Part shown: positions 37,577-53,307 of the stretch, one piece after another | Layout: each line of letters opens with the position of its first letter | How positions within the stretch are numbered: the stretch's first letter is position 1 | Made by a program: the position numbers and the translations under genes | Notes under the pieces: generated by a model | Told to the model about the DNA's origin: nothing | Databases searched by the model: none | Seen by the model: the letters and a program-made list of their open reading frames with translations, nothing else | Assembly: GCA_009103225.1 (NCBI GenBank) | Contig: RHPI01002990.1 | Span: forward strand, 767,819 to 831,818 | DNA from: Chlorokybus atmophyticus | Taxonomy: Eukaryota; Plantae; Mesostigma and Chlorokybus algae | Direction of reading: 5' to 3' | Length of the DNA: 64,000 nt

Positions 37577-38278
37577 TATAGGAAGCGGCGTGAGTGCCGG
37601 CGGCGCTATGCCGCGGCACAGCCGGCCGCTCATGTCCGCGCGTGACCGTCACTCCAGCGCTGACTCTAGCGCTCCGCTGACGAAAACAGCAAAAAGTGCA
37701 GCAGCGCGCTGCTATGCACGGTTGTCATTGGTCGTCAAAACGCCAAAACAACTGCACTTTTCGCTTTGAGTGAGAGTATTGCCTGTACGGCACATCTTGT
37801 ATTAGAGTATTAAGCCGGTGGACTTTGCACAGGTATTGGAGTGTACTGGTTCTGGTGCCACAGGCCGGTCTTCTGGAAGCATCCGTCGACAAGGTTGCCG
37901 CTGCATAGTCTTGACTCTGACAACTAACGGCGGAAAGGGTATGCTGCATTCCGGCTGCCAACATTAGGTGCATGGCATTGACCTTGAGCAGCTTCATCAA
38001 CGACGGTGAAAGATAGAGTGCGGTTACCGTCTAGCTGGGAGTCTCACATTGTGGCTACGATTACGCTTAGTGACAAGCATAGTGTATTTTTGTGGCGGCG
38101 GCGGCGGCGGCGGTGAGCTGGTCGAGCTTGTACAAGGCATTGGTGAGACGGGGATCCTCCCTCCTTGGCGTTTTATCAGGGAGGTGCTGAGCATTGCTTT
38201 AAGGGCGACGTGTGCTGCAATTGCTGCACGCTGACCATTCCGGCGGAGGGTCAACCGAGCCACAACACGCGCTAGGGC

Positions 38279-39317
38279 ATGGCAGCTGCTGCCAGCGAGC
38301 TGCTGTTGAGGAGCGGGTTTGCTGGCCTGGCTGTAGGTGACGGCAGCAAGAGGGTGTGCGGCGTTGAGCCGGCGGCCGCTCTGAGGATCCCGGCCCGGCC
38401 TGTAGCGCCAGGCCGTGCAGGCCAAACCGCAGCTGGTGGACGATCAGCACCCACAGTCTGCCGCATCAACCTGCTCGCTGAAAGCAGCCTTCACATTGAA
38501 CTCGCCCGCAAGTCACTCAACGATCTCATTCAGCACAGTTGCAGGCAGTGCCACGGTGAGTAGCATTACATTGTTTGGTGCGTTGCGCGTGCCTCCTGTC
38601 TTTCGCCAACCCAATCTGCTCACTTAAAAATGCATTCACTTGCAATTGTCTAGTGAACCAGACAGTGTGTCATGTATGCATGCTTGAGTCGCGCTTGCTT
38701 GCATTAAACTGACAGCTTTGGTCTGTGTGGCTGCTTGTTGCAGGAGAGAGGAGCGTGCCATGCGGTTGTTGCGATGGACGAGGGTTTCTGCAGAAGGGCG
38801 GGTATAATCGCCGCAATCCTGTGAACGTGTCGCATCTCATTGGTGAGTGAGTTTTGGTGTTACTGAGTTACTTGCACTGTGCTACTCTTCTAGGAATGTT
38901 GCCTCGCATCTGTACTTCTTGAATAGAAAAGCTCAAACACAGCATGGCAGTGCAGCATATCTCCATGCGCTTGCTTAAAGGCAGACTGCTGTTACTAAAT
39001 ACTAACATGTATACATAGGCTCGAAGTGGACTGCAGAGGAGCGGACGTTTGGTTGGCGTCACTTCCGCGTTGCATCAATGCGCAAGCATGGCAAGGCTGT
39101 CTTTGTGGAGATGGTGTCATGCTGCGACGAGACGAGCAGGTTTTGGCTCAATACAACCAACCTGAAGGATCGGTTGCAATGGACAATGGGCTGGAAGCAA
39201 AAGTCTGAGATGGACAATGCCAAAGCTGGCGAAGGCCCCGTCTGCAAAGCCTGTCAGGGCGCGGCAGTGCTTCCTTGCCCAATGTGCGCCAAACAGTCCA
39301 GCGTGTTTGAGATCTGA
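38279..39317 (+). CDS. DUF2389/TIGR02450 Trp-rich domain protein flanked by DnaJ-type CxxC zinc-finger repeats, probably plastid-targeted
   Basis: Exons 38279-38555, 38744-38842 and 39019-39317 join in phase. Protein includes CRQCHGERSVPCGCCDGRG, then NPVNVSHLIGSKWTAEERTFGWRHFRV...FWLNTTNLKDRLQWTMGW, then CKACQGAAVLPCPMC. Confidence 0.88.
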
Positions 39318-39500
39318 CACCGGTGAGCTGGTAGATGCCCATGCTGCACACAGCATGGGCGTCACCATTGTTCTGTACATAGTGGTTCAGTTCACTACAG
39401 TAGGACTTTGAACAACCAACCCAGATTGAGGATATGTAGGTACATACGGCAGAACAGTATGCCAACGAAACAATCGCTTGCTTATTGTATGTGGGCCATC

Positions 39501-39910
39501 GTCTTTGCCGTCGCTGCTGCTGGTATTGCATGCAGTCTCCCTTGTTGGCGACATGCCCAGCAGGGCTTGTGGGCATTTGCAAGCAGGTGTCAGAGCAATC
39601 TGTGCGCATGGTTGCAGAGTCTTTGCCGTCGCTGCTGCTGGTGTTGCATGCAGTCTCCCTTGTTGGCGACATGCCCAGCAGGGCTTGTGGGCATCTGCAA
39701 GCAGGTGTCAGAGCAATCTGTGTGCATGGTTGCAGATTCATTGGGCTGTTGCATTCAGTGGAACTTGTGCTCAACTCATAAGGTGCAAAGCCATCATCCC
39801 CTCCCCCCCCCCCCCTCCCGCCGCATGGTTGCAGATCTATTGGGCTGTTGCATTGAGCGGAACTTGTGCTCAACACATAAGGTGCACAGTCATCCTCCCC
39901 ACCCCCGCCG
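39501..39910. repeat. Two overlapping tandem duplications (118 bp x2, then 99 bp x2)
   Basis: gtctttgccgtcgctgctgctgg... starts at 39501 and 39619. gcatggttgcagat...gaacttgtgctcaac starts at 39724 and 39823. Confidence 0.9.
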
Positions 39911-41594
39911 TCCTCAGGTCACTCTCCTGGCGTAGCATGTGTGAGCTTACCGTGGTATGGGCTGATGTACATGTGTACAAAAGATGCGACCTGGATAGTG
40001 CACATGCATCTAGTCACATCAGTGTTGTTGCATATGCATCATGTCCATGCGCATGCAACACTTCACACCACACGCATACTCACCTCCACACAACAACCAT
40101 CGGGCGAAAGAGTAGCATGCTCTTGTATGCTACTTACCTACTAGCTACCCCTACCCCTATCGGCCCCCTGTCAGTCATGCATGCATGCACTCGCGGTCTT
40201 GATTACTTGCGCATGCGCCTTGGTCAGTGGACCAGCTGCTGCAGCGGTGACAACATCAGCCAAATGTGGACTCCCTCCCCTCTCGCCTCCATCCTGCTCA
40301 TATCGTGTGTGAGAGTGCAAACGCATTCATTGGTGTTACATGATGGTATGCTAATAATAGTCGTGCAGGGTCATAGGTTGCGTATGGTCAATTTTGCTTG
40401 TGCATAGTATTTTTCATATTCATGTTTGTGTGCCAGTCAATTGTCAAAGCAAGTCGAGGCATGTTATGGCTTGTTCTGAATGGACATAACACCGAAAACC
40501 ATTACATATGGTGATTGTGCATGCGTTTTGACAATACCAAGTCATAATGACATGTGCTTCCGTACCATTCACGTGCAGGCTAGGCTTCCCAATCACAACA
40601 AGAGTGCATGATAACCGCATGCGCCTTTGATCGTTCGCTTACCAGAATTAGACAACAAATACAAAGTACAACAAGCTCAAATATTGCAACACTACAATAT
40701 TATTACGCAACTCCTACAAGTGGGCAACTTCCATCCTTCGCACCACACTAGTACTTGCGTCACACTCAACAGACTTACTGCTAAGCATACATAACTATGT
40801 ACAATCAATTTTGATTTACACAATAAAGTGATGTGATTTGCCTTGTTTTGGTGTGCTTTGCCTTGTAGCCCCACCACTCTACTGTATTACTCCATACAGT
40901 GTGCGCAACTTAAGGTCAATCACATGCAGCCTTTGCTCCTCTCTGCTTGTCTCTTTCATTGCTGGTTGGGGACACACACTAATGTTGTTGCATCTCGCTC
41001 ACGCCTACCTAAATGGTACTATGTATTGTTGCTGCTTTTTGCATTACACATAGCTAGTCTCCTTAGCGATACCCTAAGTCTGGTGGTAAATGTAATAGGA
41101 GGGTGGGAGTTGGTATGTTTATGGCTAACTTGGTATGCTGTGAGTGCTTTGTGCCTGAGTGTGTTTGTGTGTTTGCGCATGAAGTGTGTGTGCACGGCAA
41201 GGTGTGCACATCCATGGTGACACCTCATGCAGCGTGCGCTCCTCAGGCTCTTGTTGTGACTCATGAACAGGCGATTGGCACATTCTAGGCGCACTCTCAG
41301 AAACAGCCTGTGACAGGTTACCTATCCCCGAGCAGCGCATTCTCCTAACCAGGGCACATTCATACCAATAGCCAGAACCCACGCCACTGCCACCGACGAC
41401 GGCGGCGGTGGCAGTGGCGGTGGCGGTGGCGGCGGCGGCGCTGTAGAGGGTTGCCGCGTCTGCGCTGCAACTGACTCGTTTGTTGCATTAGCCTCGTGAC
41501 TACCAGCGATTCGCAGGGCAGTGTCAAGGGTGTCAGCAGCAGTGAGGGGGAAGGGTTTGCACAACACTAGCTTGTCGTCTGCCGGTCAGGCAGG

Positions 41595-43546
41595 ATGGTG
41601 GTTGATGCGCGGTGCATCAACGCCTCCAACCCTTACCACGAGTGCTCGGCCTACTGCGCCAACAAAATCCAGCAAGCTTTAGACAAGGCTGCCGCTGCGA
41701 AGGCCGCAGCACCGCCCCCCAAACCCAAGCTTACCGGACCAGGTAAAACCCTAGTCCGCACATACACAGTGAACACTGTGCCTTGCGGAAGTGTTAAAGT
41801 TGCTCAAAGAGAATGCCTTCTTCAGCTTGGCTGGTCAATCTGCTCGTTGAAGCTAGCGTTATGGATTCAGTCAGCGCGTGAAGCCTAACATGCTGCATTG
41901 ATGCTGAGGCGTTTGCCTCACAAGCATGCCTGTTGCGCTCACGGTTGTGTTGGCCGTTCAGTAGGCAACCTCCTGCTCGTTGAAGCTAGCGCGTCTGTCA
42001 GCGCGTGAAGCCTAACATGCTGCATTGATGCTGAGGCGTTTGCCTCACAAGCATGCCTGTTGCGCTCACGGTTGTGTTGGCCGTTCAGTAGGCAACCTCC
42101 TGCTCGTTGAAGCTAGCGCGTCTGTCAGCGCGTGAAGCCTAACATGCTGCATTGATGCTGAGGCGTTTGCCTCACAAGCATGCCTGTTGCGCTCACGGTT
42201 GTGTTGGCCGTTCAGTAGTCAACCTCCTATTTTTATGTGCTTTGCAGCTCCAACTGCGAAGCCGCAACTGTTGTCATTTGGAGAGACGGTGCTTGCTGAA
42301 GAGCATGAAAGGCTTCTGGCGAAAGGCGCCGCTGCAAAGCTGCGAGTATTGAAAGAGATCGCAGCGGCAGAACCAGCTGCGCCAGCAGCACCACTACTGG
42401 ATAATGCTCCTGAATCATCAAGCAGAGAGGACGCTTCGGCTTCAGCTCAGCAACAGTCTAATGTACGGTCTAACCTCAAGTTGAGACTGTATTTAAAAAT
42501 TATGCCGAGCAAGATGTGACTGAAGCTATAAGCTTTTTACTTGCACTACAGGTGAACGTTGATGAGCATGCTGGAGAGCCCAATGAAAGCGGCGGAGCTG
42601 AGCCGGAAGAGGAAGAGGCTGTTGAGCCTGGGCACGATCCCATGGCCAACATGACGCCTAAGGAAAGGAGATTGTTCGAACTGCGCTTGCGATTGAACGA
42701 GTGCCGCAAGGCCAACCACAGCGCGGCCGTGGCCGAGAAGAGGAAAACAGAACAGCCTGAAGTTCAGCGCGACATCAGCAAAAAGCGCTGGTAAGAAATG
42801 AGAGTATTTGCTTCACCGCTGTGCACGCGTGCTCTGGTATGCAACATTGTCTTGCGTGGGTCTGCATGTCAGCTGGCTGTTTGTTGTAGTCTCAATCATT
42901 GCATCCTTGCTCTGCTATGTTAGGTGGGAAGAGAAGCAGAAGCACATAGCAGAGACGCTGGCAGGAAGTGGCATCGATCCCAGCAAGCGCTACCTACTGC
43001 ACACAGAGGAGCAGGCAGAGGAGCAATACAAGAAGCGTCAAAAGAAGCCGGCTGCCTTTGGCTGGGATGTCTTCAACCAGCGGTCTCTATATAACGCTTA
43101 CAAGAAGCGCACCCAAAATGTCCCGTACACGCCAGAAGACTACGAGAAAATCAAGGCGTCCCAACCAGAATTTTATCGCGATGCTGACAGCATGCAGGTT
43201 GGGAGTGTTCCGAATGCTGAGTGCAATGTACTTTGGTTGTTTGATCATGGATTGCACCGTGAGTTCACCCCGCTATATGCCAGCTCATATTGCAGTCGTT
43301 GTCCTGCAGTATGGCCGTGATGTGCCTGTTCCAGAGGAGAATGTGGATCGCATGGTAGCAGAGTTGGAGAAGAGGCACGAGGGTCGCAAAGAGTTCAGCA
43401 GGAGACGTCGCTACCATGAAGAGCGGGATATTGACTCGATCAACGATCGCAATGAACACTTCAACCGGAAAATCGAGCGCGCCTTTGGCAAGTACACAAC
43501 TGAGATCAAGGCTAATCTGGAGCGCGGGACGGCTTTGCCGGACTGA
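41595..43546 (+). CDS. SYF2: Pre-mRNA splicing factor SYF2 (plant type, with N-terminal C-x5-PYHxC-x3-C motif)
   Basis: Exons 41595-41742, 42248-42462, 42552-42790, 42924-43197 and 43310-43546 join in phase. Motifs: CINASNPYHECSAYC, LFELRLRLNECRKAN, FGWDVFNQRSLYNAYKKR and FSRRRRYHEERDIDSINDRNEHFNRKIERAFGKYTTEIKANLERGTALPD*. Confidence 0.96.
41840..42228. repeat. 127-bp tandem repeat, three copies, in SYF2 intron 1
   Basis: gtcagcgcgtgaagcctaacatgctgc... starts at 41870, 41997 and 42124; the copies are essentially identical. Confidence 0.95.
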
Positions 43547-46308
43547 GATGTTAGCAGCAACAAGCGCCATGACCCATTTCAGGTAGATGCTTGTACACCC
43601 ATCATGAGTGGAAACGCTTCAAGTGCATGTGTCTCCGTGTGCGTGTGTGTACAACCGTACGCAATATGTCACATAGTTTTTTGCATCCACATCCACAGTT
43701 CCAGAATGCGCGAAACAACGTTTGTTACGGTCATGGCGATGTGCCGCCACAGAGTTCAGAGTACATGCATGATGTAGTTCTATCAAGAACACAGGTGCAT
43801 GTTACTTGGCTGTTGCATTTGTGCCATAGGCCGAGCGCTTTGTCTCTCCAGCATCTGGGAAAGCGTGGTATTCCGCGAGAAGGGTATACGCGGCGCATGC
43901 GAATGCATGTGATTGGCACAGAGAAACAGGCTAGCCCTGGCTGTTTCTGTCAGTTTGCAACTGCAGCAATAACCGGGTGCGCCAACATGATGCTTAGCTA
44001 AGTGAGTTGGGCATTGGTTGCTGCACTCACCAGCTGCACGCGGATGTTTCATGTTCAGGCTTGGTGTAGCTTTTCATGTGGCCCTGTGGTGACTATGCTG
44101 GTTGTGGGTGTGCGCAGCGTCATGTTCGGACATCAATGGCGGGGAAGGCGGCTATTCCTGGACTGTTTGCACTGTTCTTCAACCCCAGGATGTACTTGTG
44201 ACAGGGGTGGTTGTGTTGGGGTTTGCTACCAGCTGTGGCATCCACTAATTGGAGCAGACCAAGAGCTGCTTTTACCGCCAGCCTGTACAACCTGGCATGA
44301 ACAGCTGTCCGCAGCAGCAGTTTTGTTGGCAAGGCGAGAGATCCATGTCATCAGGAAGTCACGGAGGACCCAGAGCGACATTACAGCACACTTTAGAGTA
44401 CATGATAGAGCGAGCAGTGTCCACCCGATATTTGTAGAGAATCTGGAGAGGTCTGTGACACTGAACGCAATTGCAATTGATGTTGCAAGTCAATGATGTG
44501 AACATCTGTCTGGTTGAGCTGAGTTCATTGGTTGGATCACTTGCATTGGGTAGCATGCGAGACGTCGCTTAGCCCCATCCACTGCTTCCAGTTTGTGCAA
44601 TGCGATGGCACTCCAAATGTATAGCCACTCCTGTGCGTGTCACACCTTCAAGGCCATCCATATCAGGTGATTGGTTAGTTGCTGGTAAGGTAGCTGTCTG
44701 TGAATACAAGTGCATGGAACAACTGTTCCTATGAATCTGACAGAATGGCAAGCGCTGATCACCCCTAATAACAATTTGCTGATGGAACCCACCTCAAAAG
44801 GATGACAATTTTGCGCATGTACCATATTATCATTGAGTCCCTCTGTGCGCATTCACATTCGATACGCATAGCATGCATGCTGCTGTTGTGCAAGGCTGCA
44901 TGGTGTCAATCGTCTTCAACTGATTGCGGCGCCGGCGGCAACGTGCGTGCATGGGTATATAAGGGGTATGGTACGGTGGCAGCATGCATGGTGTGGCCAA
45001 TGCGAATGGCATGCATCAGCACAAGCATACACACGCTTTACTCATCAGATTTAACCACCGGGCTAGTTCTATGGCTGCTTGCTACACTATACCAATGCTA
45101 GCCCGCCCCGTTAGACATACAAGCATGCATTCAGTTAGTACCTGCTCACATGGGCGTTGGTCAGTCCGTTGGTGTACAAGAGATAGTGTGCTGCATGTGC
45201 GCGACGTGTGTGTTCTGAAGAGCATTGGAACTGATGGTGTAACACTGACTCAGCGATGTGTGATAGTGAGCAGCGCTGTGCCACCATATTCACAATGCGC
45301 ATTATTTAAACATACAACGTGTGGGTTGAGTCCCGCACGTGCAAGTTTGCGCTTGCCAGCGAAGCTTCACAGGTCTGCCGGTGCTGACTTGCAAATTGAA
45401 CCGGCGCAGTGCAGTCAGTCCATAACTGATACTGATGTGGAAAGAGCCGTCCGATCAGCGTCAGCTGCCTCCAAGCCGCCCGGTGTTGACGCGTGCACAA
45501 TGCGCGTTGGTTCAGTACGCTCTCTTGCTCGACGTTCCTGGTTTGCCCTGCATTGACAGGGCTTGTCAGCAAGAGCTTTCATGCCTTGACGGCTGTCAGC
45601 AAAGGGCGAGAGAGGGGGACGCAGAGAGCTCTCGAAGCACGTCACCAACTGACAGGGGGATGCTTTACAGGACCGTTCAAACCAAATAGCCTGACGTGTG
45701 GAGAGCTGAAGCGATGCTCGCCTGCCCCCTATCTTCCCTGGTCGGCCTTTTCCCCTTCTTGCATTGCTTGCTGGCCTACACGTGAGCTTAAAACCTTTAG
45801 CCTCGGGCGGGAGGGCAGGCTCTTGCTCCAGCCCAGACACAGGGCTTCTTCTCCGCCACCGCCGCAGCTCTGAGCGGTAAGGCAACATGTGCCATGCAAG
45901 TACTCTGCTCTGCGGTTCAGCATTAGCTCAGCGTCTCTACTGCTCTGCTTGTCGTCGCGGCTAGTTGGCTGTGGCTGCGAGTCAACTTGTTGGTTGCATA
46001 CATACTATTCAGTCAAATAAGCCTTGTACTGACCTGACCACCGGCCCAGTGACTGCAATGAATGCATGCATGCCTTGCAGCAGGCCACTGCGTATGTTCA
46101 GCACCCTTCATGTTGCATGCAGGACAACTCGTGGCCATTGGTGGTCATGCATGGCCATGCATGCGTCGGGTTGGAGGGTGGGCAGGGAGGGGGCTAGATA
46201 GCTGGTGTGTCTGTCTGTTGGATTCTGTATCGTACTGTCTCTTGTGGCACCTTTTGCTTCAGGTGCTGACACCATATTACAAACAATAACAGCAAAAACA
46301 ACTTCACC

Positions 46309-48102
<1,794 letters not shown>

Positions 48103-49280
48103 AGGAAGAAAGCAAGAGGAGCAAAACATGCAACGTAAACGCACCTCTCCCCTTTGCTTGTACATATGCTGTACAATATATGGTACCCTCCAAAGCAGAG
48201 AGGGAGGAAACAGGTCGGTGCTGTTCCCTGCGTGTATATGACTGTACGTATGTGTTAGAGCTGCTAGTGACAGGTGGCAAGTTTGTTGGTTGCAAGTATG
48301 AAAACTCGGCAGCATGTCTTGATTGGCTGCCAGATGTGCACCACAACTTGCGCATTATGTTGTTTATACCTACAGATTAACACGACATATTGTGCATTAC
48401 TGCTATGTTCACAACGACACTGCGCATTATTTGTACATGTACATGGGTTAGGTCATATGTAAGGTCGTGCACTATCATTGACCTACGCGCACAGTGTCAC
48501 AAGACAGCCGCCACACACCCCGCAAGACATGCTCATCTGCAACAAACCATCGCTCAGGCGCACTAAGTCCTGGAGCTCTGGTGTACCCTGGTCAATCCAG
48601 TGCTTGCAGCCTTACAGTTATCCTTCAATATCTCTTCTCAACAGCACATTCTGTCGCTGCAGCTGGCTGCCAACAACCGTCAGGCGCAGGTTCTTGATAT
48701 TTTTCTCTATCAGATTGTTAGCTACAGCTGATGGCAGTGGTTTAGTTCAGGTTTTGTGACACCTAGTTCCAGCAGAACGTACCTCTATTCTCAGGGATTA
48801 ATTGATTGTAACGTACATATTGTGATGTGCCGTCAGCTGGTCCACTTGGAGGCCCAACATCATTCTTTTTAGAAAATTCACCCGCGATAACCGTGCTCAC
48901 ATACCACTGAATGTATCCATGTAAGCAGCACCTTATTGTGTACACTACTGCCACCTCTCGCATGCATATCACAATCAGCCAAGGACAAGCATTGTACTAC
49001 TGAATGTGCGACACAGAAACATGTTGTTGAACCAATGGCGTAAATTAAACCCAGGGGAGAGTACACACAAAGGTTTTTGTACACAACACTACACCTTGCC
49101 AGACTAAGATAAATAAGATAAACACTGGCTGGCTGAGCTGGGGAATTGTGAAACAACTATATGGTTGGGGGTTGGGAGCAACTGTAACACACTACTTTCT
49201 TAGGTTTGTCTGCACAAGCTTGGGACGCATGCGCGGGGGCTGGCTATGCACAGTGGCTTGGCCTTGCCTGGATGTGCCGC

Positions 49281-50314
49281 TTACACATTGTAGGCAGCAT
49301 TGGACTGGTAGGGTGCGCTCGCGCTGTACAGCCCGGGGCCAGTATTGGCGCTTGGTGAGTGGCTGTTGGAGGTGGAGTAGTGGTGTCTGTACTTGAGGGA
49401 GGAGGTGATGGCCAGGTGCATGAAAGCCAACCAGGTGCAGAGCCAGCCCACAAACCCGAGGCGATTGAACCTGCGCAGGGGTGGAGTTGTAAGCAAAAGG
49501 CAGTGTGTTTGTGAGACACTTGCAGAAGAACAGTATCACGCTCTGTCTTGCAGCCTGTCTGTTTCAAGCTGCCAGAAAACGTGTCAATCGTATGGTATAC
49601 ATTACCTGCAATAATCCTCAATGCCGGTCGTGTGGTTGCAGTTGTCGATCATGTTATCGGCGGTCTGCAAGAGCAATTCAAGGCTGAGATAACTTATCAC
49701 AAAAGTGAGTACTAGCAATTACCTGAGTATCCCAGTACAGTTGCAAGTACACAACCAGTTAAACCAGGTGTCAGGCTTACCAGGAAAAGGTACACCCAGG
49801 AGACGGCGAGGAAGAAGGTGTGGAGGATGGGGAAGAAGGGCACCTTCTTAATCAGGAATGTGGGGATCAGGTAGGCACCCGCTAGCAAGATGAAGATCCA
49901 ATCATCCCAAGTCTTCTTAGCAGTGGTTTGCGACGATTCGAGATCGTCATTGACATTGTGCGACAACCATGCCAGCCAGATGAACACGAACTGCAGACAA
50001 GTAGACAGCGATCAGTCAGCGTCCTGTAACATTGCGTGTACATGCACTGTGCTGGCGTCTAAGCCTTCGTGCTCGAGCTGCAGGACGCTCACCAGCAGGC
50101 CGGCGGCGCCGAGCAGAACGCCCAGGATGTCGAGAACCTTGAAGATGCCGAACTTGGCTTTGCTGGCGGCGTTGCTACCAGTGTTGCCAGTACCCGGAGC
50201 ACCGGCGGGAGGCTGACCCAAGGTGCCGCCAAGTGGGCCCATGCCAGTGGCCTTGGTGGGAGCCATCACAATCGGCGGCTCCACCACAGTGCGAGTAGGC
50301 GCCTCAGTCGCCAT
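49281..50314 (-). CDS. Four-transmembrane membrane protein B (MARVEL/CASP-like topology), paralogue of the gene at 46309-48102
   Basis: Exons 50314-50093, 49990-49781, 49664-49606 and 49470-49281 join in phase. Protein includes PTRTVVEPPIV, KVLDILGVLLGAAGLLFVFIWLAW, KKTWDDWIFIL, PILHTFFLAVSWVYLF, IDNCNHTTGIEDYCRFNRLGFVGW and ITSSLKYRH. Confidence 0.85.
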
Positions 50315-53307
50315 TCCGGTCTGCACTAGCACAAACACACAGATTGTTTGAGCGACATGCGCGCGAGCAGCAACAACTCAGCTTCAAAGGGCCATTCAAA
50401 GCAAGCCAAGGCGCACAAGCTGCTTTCGGTCATTACTGATGGTATCCAGCAAGCATAGTGTACAGCCACCAAGCAAACGAGTAGCAGCACACAATACCGG
50501 TAAGCGTTGCCCAGCACATGCACACGCAGTCCACATGCATGCTCTCCCAGTGCAAGTGCTCACTTGGTATCGAAGCCGCTGTCGTCTGCTTCACTCACAG
50601 CTTGCCGCGCAGCTGCTACTGCTGCTGCTGAATGCTGCGCCTGGCCGCCGCTATCACCGCCGCAGCACTGCAGGCAAGCACCACCACCACCGCCACCACT
50701 GAGCTGAACAGAAGCCGAAGTGCACTGAACTGCTTTCGCTGTGCGCCACGGACAAATTTATATGAAACGCTAATGCCACCCCTAACCACCCGAATCAATA
50801 GGGGTCGCGACCGTCATGAACGTGACCCGAGCGTATCGCCCAGCATGCGACTGACTGAGCAGTGTCCAGGCCCGGTTTCGAGGATTCTCCCGGAACAGCA
50901 CTCGCACCGCTCAACGGCATTTTTAAGGAAGACGCCGGAAAACGACAAGCTTTGCCGCGGCATTCATGGGTTTACGGCACTTCCCGCGGCCTTCAGTGCG
51001 ACACCTTTCCACGGGGTGTCACATCTCACATGGGATAGGGATAGGTTCGGTAGAGCGGGTGTACGGATAAGGATCTGCCGCATCAGCACTTGACGTCAGC
51101 GTCTGCGAGCGAGTGCCTGACACGTGGTGCAGCAGCCGTTATTCGAATTGATGTTACTGCGTGAATCTAGGCTTCTCCTGGCCGAGCTCGTGGTGGAGGT
51201 AGGCTGTAGTGGGAGTTGGGGAGATAATCATGTGACTTACATGATGATCCGTTGATGAGCAGGCGGGTAAGGCGCAGCGGTGTCAGGTCGCGATCCGTCA
51301 GTCACAGCGAGAGCGGGGATTTCCCGCGCAACGGCTACCTCTACGCGGGAAATGACGTCAGCTTGCACAATCATGTGGTGCGGTTGGTGGGCCACAAGTG
51401 GGCCATGCACACCCACTAAACATGTGAAACATGAATTGGCGTTGTGGTTGTGCTGCGCCTGTCGTTGCACAGAGCACTCACTGACATGTAGAAGCTCTGT
51501 GCTACGTCAGGCTTGTCATGGTCATGATGACACTTGCAGCCTGCAAGTGGCTGATGAGGCATGCATTTGCGCTCACTCAAAGTTGATGCTAAGTATTGAT
51601 CAGCTCGGAAGTCATCACATTTTTATGTAAACTTCAAATACATAACAAGGTCGTCAACTTGTGAAAGATTTATAAGTAATGGATGATTGCATCAACAAAC
51701 ATGTTGTTGTAAAGATCAATGACGTTGCGCATAAACAGTGTGTTAACATTTGTATTTAAAAAACCGAATTCTTGCATCCGTATTGTTGCATGCAGCATCG
51801 CACCAAGTTGACATATTTGTAAAGTTAGCAAAGGATGTCTCATATAAGTTTGAGCAGACATATTATGCAATACAAATACTCGTTCTTGTGTTGTTTGCGT
51901 GGCAAAGGACATCAGCATTAATAAGTATTGGAAGCTGTGCATATTAATGCGTATCATGATGGATGTTATTTACATTTTGCGTTATTAACAGGCATGCAAT
52001 ATTATTAGCATGTCTATCTTATTTGAAACATTATGTGCATGACTGACCAAAAATCATACCAAATATTATTTTTAATGGATTCATGGGGCTAGGTATGCGT
52101 CTATACATAAGCAACTTAAGTGACATTTTTATGATAGCATGTGTGTAACACAGCTTGCCTATGAGTTTCAGCTATGCGCGAGCTACGAATAATTTACCAC
52201 ATGTGCGTCATACATTATGTGTTTATATGTATATTGCAATTATATTTTGATTAATGTGTATAAATGTGGCCATATGATGTTGGTTGAATTATCAGCTTAT
52301 CAACTTGCAAATTGTGTGTAGTTAAATGGCTTATAACTTGGCATATACCATAATACAAGTGCTCAACACCACGATTGTCATTTCAGAAAAGAAAATTTTT
52401 GATTTGTTTTTCACTCATTAGATTGCAAAAGCAATCATAGTAATTTTACAATACACAAGCATTATCATACGAACATAAGCACGATATAAAATGTTATCAA
52501 TCCTTCCTTAATAGCGCAGCATTATTACACATTTTATGACATTGTGATGTTGGCAGCGCGGCATCACTGAGTGTGTGTGCAATTAAAAATCGTTTGCAAT
52601 TGTAGCATACAAATAAAGGTTGATAACCTTGCAATAGCATCAACATGCGCTGCGGTTTGTGATGACAAATACATGTCATTTGCATTTAAGCACGCGCCGT
52701 AAGACACAATTATCACTGTTAATGATGGTAACACGGCGCTTTAACCACCAAGCTATGACAATAAACGTCGCTACCTTAAGCAGGAGAACAAAGCATTGAT
52801 GCAGCCTTGCCACATGTATATTACAACGATGTCGCTTAAGTTGTAACGCTGAATCCATATATTGTATACATATCGTATATATTACATCATAAGGCCGTAA
52901 TGATTACGCCTTATGTCGTATATATTTACAAGCACTTTAAAACAAAGTACACCACACTCCTGTCTTAATCAACTCAACGAGTATTGCCATATTTACAAGC
53001 CACGCAACGTACAAACGTATAGTGTAAGATTATGCTTTTTGGCATGGTCAGGATTTTCCTGTTTTCCCTTTACATTGTATAAACATATTGTTTGATGTTC
53101 ATTATACAAGTTTTAAAGCTGCGGTTTAAAGACATATGGCTTTTAAGTTTTGAAATTTCGTGTGGCAGCGATTATTAATGTTAAAGCTTAATGGTTAGAG
53201 CGTCATTATGATGTTTCAGCTGTACAGTACATGAGCGACAATGCCTGATGTGAATAAGTTTATACCGACATATGAACACCATAACTCAACTCTGTATTAT
53301 TATTGTA

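Noticed and set aside
39501-42228. Tandem repeats considered as a CRISPR-like array
   Set aside because: They are contiguous direct duplications without unique spacers, in a eukaryotic intron/intergenic context with no cas genes.
45415-45888. 157-aa minus-strand ORF, with an overlapping frame reading AEKKPCVW like the DTC N-terminus
   Set aside because: No family motif, and the similarity is too short to distinguish from chance.
50780-51500. GC-rich structured-looking region considered as an ncRNA or small ORF (MSRRVRRSG...)
   Set aside because: No tRNA, snRNA or SRP signature; it contains TGACGTCA and CACGTG boxes and fits the promoter region of membrane gene B.
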